A stretch of DNA of 64,000 nt from a virus. Taxonomy: Duplodnaviria; Heunggongvirae; Uroviricota; Caudoviricetes. Below the pieces are notes generated by a model. That model saw nothing but the letters and a program-made list of their open reading frames with translations, was not told where the DNA came from and did no database searches. Positions within the stretch are counted from its first letter, which is position 1. Each line of letters opens with the position of its first letter. The stretch lies in IMG/VR virus record IMGVR_UViG_3300050821_008494. The stretch is one strand, 5' to 3'. This document shows positions 53,407 through 62,613 of this stretch, one piece after another. Made by a program: the position numbers and the translations under genes.

Positions 53407-54546
53407 GTGCAGAGCGACCCTTTGCAACTGAGCCTCAACATTTGCGGCGTCTCTGGAAGTCGTCGCCACGGAAACACTCTCTACCTCGTAGAGCGAGCCC
53501 TTAGAGCTGCCAGCGTCTTCTTCGACGAGATGAATGTCTCCTCCAGAGGGCACCTCAAGATAACCTCAACCTTCTCCAAAGTGGAGACTGGCTTCGACAA
53601 ATCCTCAGATGCCGAGGTCCTTATGTCACGAGCAGACGGCCTCCTTCTGGCCTCTCCCGTTTACTTCGGTTCCATATCCCCGTCCCTCAATCAAGCACTC
53701 AAGAACATATCACGAATCGAGGGACTCTCCGAGAAGTCCGGAGCCTGCGTAACTATCGGCACTCAGCGCAATGGAGGGCAAGAGACCGCCATCGAAGACA
53801 TCTACCGCTGGTTCATGGCTCGCAGCGTGACCTTCGTCGGTAACGGTCCCGTGACATCCCAATACGGAGGCACAGTCTGGGGAGGCGCAATCGGCACGGC
53901 AGAGAACGACGAGTATGGACTTCACACGACAGAAGGCACAGGCAAGCGCCTAGCCCAAGACGTCCTCCTGCGAGCCATAGGCAAGAAGGTCACATTGGAG
54001 AACTCCACAATCCGTGTCCCTCGCTTCCTCTTCTTCTGCGACTCCGAAACACCCCAGTGGCGTCTCGACCATTCCAAAGGCCGAGTCCCTCCATACACCG
54101 CAGACTACCTATTCCTCAAGGAGGACTTGGCCAACGTCGAAGACTGCGTCGCCTGCGCAACCTGCCCTCCCGGCAATCTCAAGGAGCCGGGAGTCTACGG
54201 TTGCATCTTCAACGACGACCTCAACACCAACTACGAGCGCTTCTACTCAGCCAACACAATCATCTGTTCCGCGAACGACCAAGACGGCCTCTGCTCTCCA
54301 GACTACTGGAAAGTCCTCAACCGCATGAGAAGCGTCCGACGGAACAACTACGACCTTACGGGACGCTGCGGAGCCATGATGGGAACTTCCATGGTTCCTC
54401 TCAAGTGGCTTATCCGCAACAATCTTCCCATCGTCCCCTCAGAGCCCAACCTCATGTATCGCGAATCCCTCTACCGCATGGCAGGCCTCGAATACATGAA
54501 GTCAATCGGAATGTCCCCTTGGACGGAGCCGACAATCCATGAGTAG
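53407..54546 (+). CDS. NAD(P)H-dependent FMN reductase-like flavoprotein with Cys-rich C-terminal domain
   Basis: ADGLLLASPVYFGSISPSLNQALK (flavodoxin-like FMN reductase); C-terminal CVACATCPP plus 5 more Cys; GTG start. Confidence 0.5.
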   Translation: MQSDPLQLSLNICGVSGSRRHGNTLYLVERALRAASVFFDEMNVSSRGHLKITSTFSKVETGFDKSSDAEVLMSRADGLLLASPVYFGSISPSLNQALKNISRIEGLSEKSGACVTIGTQRNGGQETAIEDIYRWFMARSVTFVGNGPVTSQYGGTVWGGAIGTAENDEYGLHTTEGTGKRLAQDVLLRAIGKKVTLENSTIRVPRFLFFCDSETPQWRLDHSKGRVPPYTADYLFLKEDLANVEDCVACATCPPGNLKEPGVYGCIFNDDLNTNYERFYSANTIICSANDQDGLCSPDYWKVLNRMRSVRRNNYDLTGRCGAMMGTSMVPLKWLIRNNLPIVPSEPNLMYRESLYRMAGLEYMKSIGMSPWTEPTIHE

Positions 54547-54736
54547 TAGAACAAAACTGTCACAATCTCAGATAATACAGCTAGCAGACGACTTAGTCGT
54601 CGAGATTCTATCTAGCCCTGCCATGGCTCCATTCCGTGAAGCGTGGTTCTCTGGAAGATGGGACTTGCCAATGTTCGAATACTCACGAAGACAGAAGCAG
54701 CGAATCCGTTTGGCTATGAGGGGCTTCTTCACTTGA
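54539..54736 (+). CDS. small hypothetical protein
   Basis: ATGA overlap. Confidence 0.3.
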   Translation: MSSRTKLSQSQIIQLADDLVVEILSSPAMAPFREAWFSGRWDLPMFEYSRRQKQRIRLAMRGFFT

Positions 54737-55017
54737 CAGACTCAAAGCTCCTCGGGACATTCCAGCAAGGTCACACCAAGGTCTTTCCCGACCGCATAGA
54801 GATTGACGGCAACAAGCTCCTCTTCTCCGACCTCCATCACATCGAAGGAGAAGGCACCGAAGTCATCATAGTCCTTCACAACGGCCTACCAGTCTCTCTC
54901 AGCATCACAGGCGAGGAAATCGTCTCAGCTTCCAACTTCAAGATAATGGTCTGGAGGGCCTACAAGCTCTGGAAGAAAGACCCCACAGCAGGCAGTCACG
55001 GAGTCGTCGGCTATTGA
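54733..55017 (+). CDS. hypothetical protein
   Basis: TTGA overlap in frame of ORF 54643..55017. Confidence 0.35.
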   Translation: MTDSKLLGTFQQGHTKVFPDRIEIDGNKLLFSDLHHIEGEGTEVIIVLHNGLPVSLSITGEEIVSASNFKIMVWRAYKLWKKDPTAGSHGVVGY

Positions 55018-55123
55018 ACGACACACTCAAGGGATTTCTGGCTCTGGTTGGCTTCCTCCTTTTCATAGACGGGCTCGCATTAGGAATGACCTTCTTTACA
55101 GTTCACATGGTAGCTCTGATACC

Positions 55124-55999
55124 ATGAAGACCGTCCTAGTCACCGGAGCAGGAGGCCCCGCAGGAATGGCAGTCCTCCAGTCTCTCAAAGTAGCCCCAGA
55201 GAAGTTCAAGACCGTTGCCGTAGATTCAAGCCCACGCGCCGCAGGCCTTCTCAAGGCCACATACTCCAGAGTCGTCCTCAAGTGCAACGAGCCCGGTTAC
55301 ATAGACCAGCTCAGAGCACTCTGCGAGGAATACCACGTTGACGTCATCATACCTACCGTCGATGAAGAGATTCCATACCTCGTCCAATCCGGAGTCTTTA
55401 GCGATGGCATGGCACGCGCAATCCTTCCGGACGAGCGAGCAGTCAAGATGGCACAGGACAAACTCTCCTACCAATTTCTCGAAGTCGATACTCCAACAAC
55501 CGTCCCCTTCCCCGCCATAATCAAGATGCGCCGAGGTCGAGGCTCCAAGGGCATCCGCTTCCTCGACAAGGAGCCAATAGACATGATAGTCCAAGAGCGC
55601 ATCCCCGGTGACGTCTACCTCGCACAAGCCCTCTGCAAAGACGGTGAAGTCCTGCGCTGGTGCATCACAAAGCGCCTCGACCCTGCCGTCGGTCCGGCAA
55701 CCTCGGCAGTCTCAGCCTACGACCTCAACATAGCCGACCGGCTTCAGAAAGTCGTCAAGACCCTCCGCTGGAACGGAGCCATAGGAATCGAGTTCATCCT
55801 TTCCAAGACCAACGGCTCATACTACCTCATAGACATCAACGCCCGCATCTGCGGTCAGTCCCATCTCTGCACCATGGCAGGCATGAACCTCGCATACGGT
55901 CTAGTCCAGCTCTCCCTCGGCCAAGAGGTCACAATCTCCAAGGAATACAAAACAGACGTCACCTTCGTCCGCGCATGGGAGGACACCACAATTGGATGA
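55124..55999 (+). CDS. ATP-grasp family enzyme (carboxylate-amine ligase-like)
   Basis: VLVTGAGGPAG N-domain; EFILSKTNGSYYLIDINARICGQS C-domain. Confidence 0.5.
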   Translation: MKTVLVTGAGGPAGMAVLQSLKVAPEKFKTVAVDSSPRAAGLLKATYSRVVLKCNEPGYIDQLRALCEEYHVDVIIPTVDEEIPYLVQSGVFSDGMARAILPDERAVKMAQDKLSYQFLEVDTPTTVPFPAIIKMRRGRGSKGIRFLDKEPIDMIVQERIPGDVYLAQALCKDGEVLRWCITKRLDPAVGPATSAVSAYDLNIADRLQKVVKTLRWNGAIGIEFILSKTNGSYYLIDINARICGQSHLCTMAGMNLAYGLVQLSLGQEVTISKEYKTDVTFVRAWEDTTIG

Positions 56000-56219
56000 A
56001 GACATCTACTCTGTGGACTCCATACGGAAGTTCGCGAATCAAACCGAGGTCGAACCTACAGGCGAGTTCCATTCTGTCTTATGTCGCGTCGCCTATCAAC
56101 TCCAATCCAAAATAATCACTCGCGAGCAGGCAATCGAGAGGCTCAAGCCCTACGATTATCCAAACAGGCTGAACCCCGAAATCAACCAAGTCGATTTCTC
56201 CGAGGGTCCCACACGATGA
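55992..56219 (+). CDS. hypothetical protein
   Basis: ORF track. Confidence 0.35.
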   Translation: MDEDIYSVDSIRKFANQTEVEPTGEFHSVLCRVAYQLQSKIITREQAIERLKPYDYPNRLNPEINQVDFSEGPTR

Positions 56220-56752
56220 GCCCTACTCGACCGGGTGTAGCTACACGTCCGAGCGAGCAACGTCTCAAGAGTAAAATTTACCAGAGTCACGTCATTCGTA
56301 GAATCATATCCGGTTCCGAAGTCTGCAACAAGTGTGGTGCACCTTTAGTCCTCGACGAGAATTGGCAGGTCTACTACGCGAATCTCGTTTGCAAGTCGTG
56401 TAGAAGCGAAGAGGGCAAAAGGGAATATTGGAAATCCGGCAGGCTCCTAAAATCTACCAAAGCTCCGTTTCTCGCCATGAGGATGAAGGTAGAGGTTTTC
56501 TCTCATTATTGCAGAGGCAAGATTAAGTGTCTTCGATGCGGAGAAAACGATTTGAGAGTTCTTAGCCTAGACCATATCAACGGAAGCACTAAGGAGGAGA
56601 AGCTACTACGAAGGGCTACCGGCTCTAATCTCTACAAGCATCTCAGACGCAACAATTACCCTCCGGGCTTTCAGGTTCTGTGTATGAACTGCCAATATAG
56701 GAAGAGGTGGGATAAGAGAGAATTCAGGAAGATGGCGGAGAAGCGCAATTGA
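56216..56752 (+). CDS. HNH endonuclease-like protein
   Basis: CNKCG...CKSC and LSLDHINGS...N...LCMNCQ; locally AT-richer. Confidence 0.5.
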   Translation: MSPTRPGVATRPSEQRLKSKIYQSHVIRRIISGSEVCNKCGAPLVLDENWQVYYANLVCKSCRSEEGKREYWKSGRLLKSTKAPFLAMRMKVEVFSHYCRGKIKCLRCGENDLRVLSLDHINGSTKEEKLLRRATGSNLYKHLRRNNYPPGFQVLCMNCQYRKRWDKREFRKMAEKRN

Positions 56753-57357
56753 ACGTATTAGCTATCGGGGCTCATCCGGACGATTGCGAGTTTGGCGTCT
56801 TCGGAACTCTTCACCGTCATGTCAAGAAGGGTGACAAGGTCACCATCCTCGTCCTTACGAAGGGCGAGCAGGGAGGAAACTGCAACATGAGAGAAGCTGA
56901 GGCCACAAGAGCTGCCAAGCTCCTCGAATCTGAAATCATCTTCGGTGAGTTCCAAGACGGCTACCTTCGCGACAACCACAAGCTAGTCAACGAAATAGAG
57001 GAGGTCATCAATGCCGCAGAAGCCGACCTTGTCTATACCCACAGCGACAAAGACCGTCACCAAGACCATAGATACTGCTCTCTTGCATCAGTTGCCGCTG
57101 CCCGTCGAGTCAACACAGTCCTCCTCTTCGAGACCCCAAGCACAGTCCATGGTTTCATCCCTCAACTCTTCATAGACATCACAGACAGCGTCGATGTGAA
57201 GCTCAAGTCCCTCCGTCAACACGAGAGCCAGCTTCCAAAGCGCTACCTCGAAGAGGGAGCAGTCACTGGCCTCGCTACATACCGCGCATATCAGGCTGGC
57301 CTTCCCGGTCGTATGGCAGAGGCATTCGAAGTTGTCCGTGAGGTGCGTCAAATCTGA
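56749..57357 (+). CDS. PIG-L/LmbE-family N-acetylglucosaminyl deacetylase
   Basis: LAIGAHPDDCEFG, HQDHRY; TTGA overlap. Confidence 0.6.
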   Translation: MNVLAIGAHPDDCEFGVFGTLHRHVKKGDKVTILVLTKGEQGGNCNMREAEATRAAKLLESEIIFGEFQDGYLRDNHKLVNEIEEVINAAEADLVYTHSDKDRHQDHRYCSLASVAAARRVNTVLLFETPSTVHGFIPQLFIDITDSVDVKLKSLRQHESQLPKRYLEEGAVTGLATYRAYQAGLPGRMAEAFEVVREVRQI

Positions 57358-57473
57358 ACCGTGATGGCCAGTTCCTCGACCGTGCGGCAGAGGTCAGCGT
57401 CACAGAGAAAGAGATAGACCGCGTCATTGGAGAACTCACGGAGAGCTTTGGCTTCTCCGTCGTCTACTCCGCA

Positions 57474-57617
57474 ATGAAGATGCACGTCCTCTTTATGGAG
57501 ATGTCATTCACAGACAAACAGCTGAGCCGCATCAAGTCCGAGATAGAAGACCGCGTCTCAACTCATGCCAAGTTCAGGGAGCGCCGCATATCCGAGCAGA
57601 AGAGGCCTCCCAAATGA
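57474..57617 (+). CDS. small hypothetical protein (possibly longer, non-canonical start)
   Basis: in-frame protein-like extension back to 57342 without ATG/GTG/TTG. Confidence 0.25.
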   Translation: MKMHVLFMEMSFTDKQLSRIKSEIEDRVSTHAKFRERRISEQKRPPK

Positions 57618-57826
57618 ACCACGACGAGAAGGTCGAAGTCATAGCTGCACGTCAGCACGACCTATGGTGTGCCCTAACCAAGACCCTCGCATCAAAGGAG
57701 ACCCTGAACCCTGACCGGCTTCGCCGTTGGGAGACCTTCTGGAAACCCTACGCAGAACTCTCTGATGGCCAGAAGGAGCGAGCCCGCATGGAAGCCGAGA
57801 AGCTCCTCGAACTCATAGGAGAATAA
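57614..57826 (+). CDS. hypothetical protein
   Basis: ATGA overlap. Confidence 0.35.
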   Translation: MNHDEKVEVIAARQHDLWCALTKTLASKETLNPDRLRRWETFWKPYAELSDGQKERARMEAEKLLELIGE

Positions 57827-57832
57827 GCCCAC

Positions 57833-58534
57833 GTGGCTTTCCAGTTCATCAACATCATAGTCCTCGCTCCCGTAGTCTGCACAATCCTAATCCTCCTGAG
57901 ACGCCAACTCAAAGCCCGGAAGCTCTGGCTTCTCATTCCTCTAGATGCAGCATCAGCCTTCGTCCTAGTCGGGGTCCTCTTCACAATAATGACAACTACC
58001 CCAAACCTCTCCGCAAACCCATTTCTCTGGAAGGGAGTCTATGCTTGGCACACACTAACAATATTCGGCCTTCTCATAGAAGCCGTCGTAGCATCATTCC
58101 TTCTTCGCTCTGCCTTCATGGGGCTCCTGACAGTCCTCTTCACAATCGGTCTTCACGAGACCCTCTTCTTCCTCTTCTTCGAAATCCGAGACAGCATCAT
58201 GCTAGGCTTCGGCCACTTCTTCACAGACTGGCTCCAGAATGGAGTCTTCAACCTAGTCCTCGTTGCCCCATCAATCCCTCTCTTCATCTACGTCCGATAC
58301 GACAAGGTCAGCTACAAGTGGCTCCTCCCTGTCCTCTTCTTCTACATGGCTTGGTTGTATGGCAACTTCAACGTCTCAACCTACTCTCCATGGGACGGTC
58401 TCTCCTACGTGAATTCCATACCAGTTGCGATTACAGAAGTCCTCTCTTGGTTCACTACCTCAGCCTGCGTCCTCCTCTCCATCATATTCGGCCTGAAGGC
58501 CTTCAACACCAAACAGAAACCCTCTTCAGCATAA
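57833..58534 (+). CDS. polytopic membrane protein
   Basis: GTG start; about 7 TM. Confidence 0.45.
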   Translation: MAFQFINIIVLAPVVCTILILLRRQLKARKLWLLIPLDAASAFVLVGVLFTIMTTTPNLSANPFLWKGVYAWHTLTIFGLLIEAVVASFLLRSAFMGLLTVLFTIGLHETLFFLFFEIRDSIMLGFGHFFTDWLQNGVFNLVLVAPSIPLFIYVRYDKVSYKWLLPVLFFYMAWLYGNFNVSTYSPWDGLSYVNSIPVAITEVLSWFTTSACVLLSIIFGLKAFNTKQKPSSA

Positions 58535-58696
58535 GTGTCTACACAACTTCCAGACAGCTATGATATTCGGCGCTATGCCTTTCGGTCCTGTTACTTTGAT
58601 TGGGAGGTCAAGAGGACATTACATCGAAGGTCCTTGGGAAGTCGTCGTCGAGAACGGCTCAGTAATCCTGCGTCCAGTCAAGACTGACTCCAAGAA

Positions 58697-59749
58697 TTGA
58701 GAGCCCTCGTAACTGGAGGTGCAGGCTTCCTCGGTAGTCATCTCGTCGAGGCCCTAGTTGCTCAAGGCGACGAGGTCACAATCCTCGACGACTTCTCCGG
58801 AGGTGTCATAGAGAACCTCTTCGGTGACTACGTCATCAAGGGCTCCATCACAAGTCCAGAACTCGTGGCCTCTGCAGTCAAAGGTAAGGACATCGTCTAT
58901 CACCTCGCAGCCCTCATCAACGTAGACGAGAGCATCTCCTTCCCGGAACTCTTCCACGACGTCAACGCCACAGGAACCATGAACGTCCTCAAGGCAGCAA
59001 AGGCCAACAGAGTCCCTCTCGTCCATATGAGCAGCTCCGAAGTCTACGGCACAGCCCTCTACACGCCCATGGACGAGAACCACCCTATGCGTCCGGGCTC
59101 TCCATACGCGGCAACAAAGCTGGCATCAGAGATGTATGTCTCCTCCTTCGTCCGCTCCTACGGCATCAAGGCAGTCATCGTCCGAGGCTTCAATATGTAT
59201 GGTCCCCGCCAGAAGGGCAACGCGACCTTCGGAGGAGTCATCGCCAAAAACATCATCCGCATAATCCTCGGCCTCCCTCCAATCATCCGTGGCGGCACCC
59301 AGAAGCGTGACTACACCTACGTCGAAGACTACGCAAAAGCCCTAGTCACAATCGGCAAGGAAGACCTCTGGGGTGAGGTCTTCAATCTTGGCTCCGGCTA
59401 CTCCACAAGTGTCAACGACATCACATCGCTCCTTCTCAAACTCTGTGACCGTGAAGACATCAAGCCCATAATGGAACCACAACGCGCAGGAGACGTCCTC
59501 GACTTGGTCTCCGACTTCAAGAGGGCGAAGCAGCACATAGGATGGGAGCCCCAGACCTCATTCAAGGACGGCCTCGTGAAGACAATCAAGTGGTATCGCG
59601 ACAATCAAGAGCGCAGCAAGCGCTACCTCTTCCCATCATTCGAGGAGGAACTCAGCTGGATACCATACTCGACGTCTTCTGAGAACGGCTACCAAATTGT
59701 TCGACGGTCTGAACTAGAATCTGCTCAAGCCGTTCAACGACAAGGTTAA
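58697..59749 (+). CDS. NAD-dependent nucleotide-sugar epimerase/dehydratase (extended SDR)
   Basis: TGGAGFLGSHL (GxxGxxG), YAATK (YxxxK), SSSEVYG; TTG start. Confidence 0.7.
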   Translation: MRALVTGGAGFLGSHLVEALVAQGDEVTILDDFSGGVIENLFGDYVIKGSITSPELVASAVKGKDIVYHLAALINVDESISFPELFHDVNATGTMNVLKAAKANRVPLVHMSSSEVYGTALYTPMDENHPMRPGSPYAATKLASEMYVSSFVRSYGIKAVIVRGFNMYGPRQKGNATFGGVIAKNIIRIILGLPPIIRGGTQKRDYTYVEDYAKALVTIGKEDLWGEVFNLGSGYSTSVNDITSLLLKLCDREDIKPIMEPQRAGDVLDLVSDFKRAKQHIGWEPQTSFKDGLVKTIKWYRDNQERSKRYLFPSFEEELSWIPYSTSSENGYQIVRRSELESAQAVQRQG

Positions 59750-60791
59750 GGTCGAACTTCGAGACAACCTTCTTTCTGAGCCTCTCCCCAAACATCATCC
59801 TCAAAGTCGGAGAGGCCTCCATTACCCTCAGGCACTCCGCGAGGTCATCCGAATCTCTTGACTTGAAAAGCAGCCCGTTGTAGTGAGGCTCGATTATCTC
59901 CGGAGAGCCTCCCACGTTCGAAGCGATGCAGGCCTTCCCGCAAGCTCCAGCCTCAAGCAGGGAGTTCGAGACTCCCTCACTAACAGAAGGCAAAACAAAG
60001 ACATCAGACATATCCATTATGTTCTGAAGGTCTCTCCTGTATCCGAGGAACTCCACATTGCTTGGGGCAAGAGACTCCAGACGCTTCTTCTCTATTCCCT
60101 CTCCAACAATCAGGAACCTCGCATCTGGAAACTTCTTCGCTGCCTCAACAAGATAGATGACACCCTTCGTCAAAGTCAGAGACCCGAGGAACGTCACAGT
60201 GAACTTGCCCTGCGCTCTTTCCGGGGACGGATGCAACTTCGTAGTATCAGCAGGCGAGTAGACAACCTCACTATGGGGGACTTTGTAGGCTGCCTTCGAA
60301 GCCTCGCAATCGAATATGACCAAGTCACTCATGGCAATCGTAGCTCTCCCAATAGAGGCAGTCAGGTTCTTCTTCAGGGAGTTCGCCACAGACGCCCCAA
60401 ACGAAGTCCCCGGCCCTCTGATGCCGAGTATTCTCGGAATCCTCAGCTGGTGAGCCGCCAGCATAGCCATGTTAGTCGTAAAGTGAACATAGTGCATCGC
60501 CAATACCACGTCAGGCTTGAATCTCTTCATGATTGCCATAGTCTCCCAGAACGAACCCGGCGTTACTACATACGGCATACCGGGAACACGGAACGAAGGA
60601 AGATATTGAGTCGGGACCCCTACTCCTTTCGCCGCAAACTTCCTCCCATCTGTGGTAGTGTCGGACGTCACTACCATAACGTCGTGCCCTCTCTCCATGA
60701 GCTTCCTCGCGAACTGAAGCGACTCCGAAGTCCCATAGAGCGGGAACGTGTCCATAGCGAACATCACTCTCAAGATAAATACCGACACCAT
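59652..60791 (-). CDS. GT4-family glycosyltransferase
   Basis: EGVSNSLLEAGACGKACIASNVGGSPEII C-terminal GT4 signature; 3' end overlaps epimerase by about 98 nt. Confidence 0.6.
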   Translation of the reverse strand: MVSVFILRVMFAMDTFPLYGTSESLQFARKLMERGHDVMVVTSDTTTDGRKFAAKGVGVPTQYLPSFRVPGMPYVVTPGSFWETMAIMKRFKPDVVLAMHYVHFTTNMAMLAAHQLRIPRILGIRGPGTSFGASVANSLKKNLTASIGRATIAMSDLVIFDCEASKAAYKVPHSEVVYSPADTTKLHPSPERAQGKFTVTFLGSLTLTKGVIYLVEAAKKFPDARFLIVGEGIEKKRLESLAPSNVEFLGYRRDLQNIMDMSDVFVLPSVSEGVSNSLLEAGACGKACIASNVGGSPEIIEPHYNGLLFKSRDSDDLAECLRVMEASPTLRMMFGERLRKKVVSKFDLNLVVERLEQILVQTVEQFGSRSQKTSSMVSS

Positions 60792-60806
60792 CCCACGGCT
60801 ATTAAA

Positions 60807-61919
60807 TTGGTTCGAATCTCAAAGCCTCTGTTCTCAGAAACCGACTTAGACGAAATCACGTCAACCATACGCCGCACTCTCTCCGAAGGCTGGCTAACAA
60901 CCGGCTCAATCACAGAGGCTTTCGAGAAGGAGGTCGCACACTTCGTCGGGACAGAGCACGCAGTTGCTACCAACTCCTGCTCTACAGCACTGACCTCTAT
61001 TCTTCTGGCTCTCGGCATCAAGGCCGGAGACACGGTGATACTCCCAGCAAACACCTTTGCTGCTACGGCCAACTCCATCAAGAACGCTGGAGCTGTCCCT
61101 TTCTTTGTTGACTGTCTCCCAGACACGTTCAACATCAGCCCCGACGAGATAACAGCCAGAGCACCAATCAACACGAAGGCAGTCATAGCCGTAAACATCG
61201 GAGGCAACCCCTGCGACCTCGACAGGCTAGTTGAAATCTGCAAGGCCAACGATTGGTTCTTCGTTCAGGACGCAGCCCATTCATTCGGCTCTCTCTACCA
61301 AGCCGACCTTCCTGCCTCATACGGCATAGCTTCCTCATTCAGCTTCTCTGCTACCAAGGTCATAACTTCCGGAGAAGGAGGGGCAGTCGCTACCGACAGC
61401 GCAGAACTCTACCGCAGAGTGAAGGCCATACGCGACAACGGACGCCTCACCACAGGCCCCAGCGACGTCATGTATCAGGGCAGCAACTTCAAGATGTCGA
61501 ACATCCATGCCGCCATAGGTCTGAGCCAGATGAAGCACGTGCGGCAATTCCTCGGTCACAGGCAGGACTTGGCGGACTACTACATAGCCAACCTCCCAAG
61601 GTGGCTCGTCCCTCAGCTCATCCGTCCCGGAAACACAAGCTCCAACTACGCCTTCATCTGCATGGTCAAGCCCGACTCGCCTGTAACTCGCGACGAGCTG
61701 GCCTCCTTCCTCTCCAGCAAGAACATCGAGACAAGCATCTACTTCAAACCCCTTACCGACATGTCCCTGTTCGTCAGCACCAAAGACCCGTGGGTGCCAG
61801 TCTCCAAGGAAATCGGGGAGCGTTCAATCGGCTTCCCAATCGGCAACTCGACAACCCTCGATGAAGTAAAGTCCGTCATCGAGGCCATCAAGTTCAGCAC
61901 AGAAGAAGTCCGAGTGTGA
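60807..61919 (+). CDS. DegT/DnrJ/EryC1-family PLP-dependent sugar aminotransferase
   Basis: FEKEVAHFVG, DAAHSFGS, FSFSATKVITSGEGG; TTG start 15 nt from divergent GT4 start; upstream part of track ORF 59883..61919 is antisense to GT4. Confidence 0.6.
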   Translation: MVRISKPLFSETDLDEITSTIRRTLSEGWLTTGSITEAFEKEVAHFVGTEHAVATNSCSTALTSILLALGIKAGDTVILPANTFAATANSIKNAGAVPFFVDCLPDTFNISPDEITARAPINTKAVIAVNIGGNPCDLDRLVEICKANDWFFVQDAAHSFGSLYQADLPASYGIASSFSFSATKVITSGEGGAVATDSAELYRRVKAIRDNGRLTTGPSDVMYQGSNFKMSNIHAAIGLSQMKHVRQFLGHRQDLADYYIANLPRWLVPQLIRPGNTSSNYAFICMVKPDSPVTRDELASFLSSKNIETSIYFKPLTDMSLFVSTKDPWVPVSKEIGERSIGFPIGNSTTLDEVKSVIEAIKFSTEEVRV

Positions 61920-62013
61920 CTTCAAAACGAGACCTGTCGGAGAGCTACTTCGTCTGGAAGGAATTAAGTTCGAGGAGCGCGTTAATCGAGAGTTTCGAAG
62001 ATACTTCACAGAA

Positions 62014-62613
62014 GTGAAGTCAGGCAAGACGGCGAGAGGGTTTTCTGGAGCAATATGGTGCCCAGACATAGTCGCTAACGGAAACATATTCGTTGAAGTC
62101 ACTACTTCTCCTCTTTCTGGAAATCTCAGCAACATATTTTTAAAGTTTGCCGACCTTCAAGTCAAGGACAACAAACGAGTTTGCATCGTCGTGGTCGAAA
62201 AACTCTACCGACGCAGAAAGGGATTTCCCCGTTCCGTCTATACAACATTTATGAAGTTCGGGTTTCCCATAATCGGATTTGATAGCATCTCTAAGGTTCT
62301 GGAATTCTCTAAGGGAAAATATTCGGCAGAAGAAATATCTTTGGCGATTCCTGCGAGAGCAGACGGCCACAGGCACATAACAGAATCTGAGAAGTCTAGG
62401 GTTCTAAATCTTGTCAGTCTGAGCCCTAGAAAAAGAGGAGATGTCTCGCGAAGCCTCGGAATCACTTTCAGAAGAGCTGAGCTTATACTCAAGAAGATGC
62501 TCAAGGAAGGCTCTGTAGTTAGAATCCATTATCACTATGGTATCGACTCTTCCCAAATATCGAATTACTTCAAGGCTAATCCTCGACGACGGAGGTATGA
62601 CTTTCCACTATGA
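62014..62613 (+). CDS. hypothetical protein with C-terminal winged helix; possible nuclease-like N-domain
   Basis: locally AT-rich; VSRSLGITFRRAELILKKMLKEG wHTH. Confidence 0.4.
   Translation: MKSGKTARGFSGAIWCPDIVANGNIFVEVTTSPLSGNLSNIFLKFADLQVKDNKRVCIVVVEKLYRRRKGFPRSVYTTFMKFGFPIIGFDSISKVLEFSKGKYSAEEISLAIPARADGHRHITESEKSRVLNLVSLSPRKRGDVSRSLGITFRRAELILKKMLKEGSVVRIHYHYGIDSSQISNYFKANPRRRRYDFPL

Noticed and set aside
60795-60825. tRNA-like GGTTCGAATC T-loop motif
   Set aside because: No complementary T-stem or acceptor stem; it lies at the DegT start region. No tRNA was found anywhere in the window by eye.
59883-61919. 678-aa + strand ORF
   Set aside because: The N-terminal 300 codons are the Arg/Ser-rich antisense shadow of the minus-strand GT4 gene. 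Only 60807-61919 (DegT) is credible.
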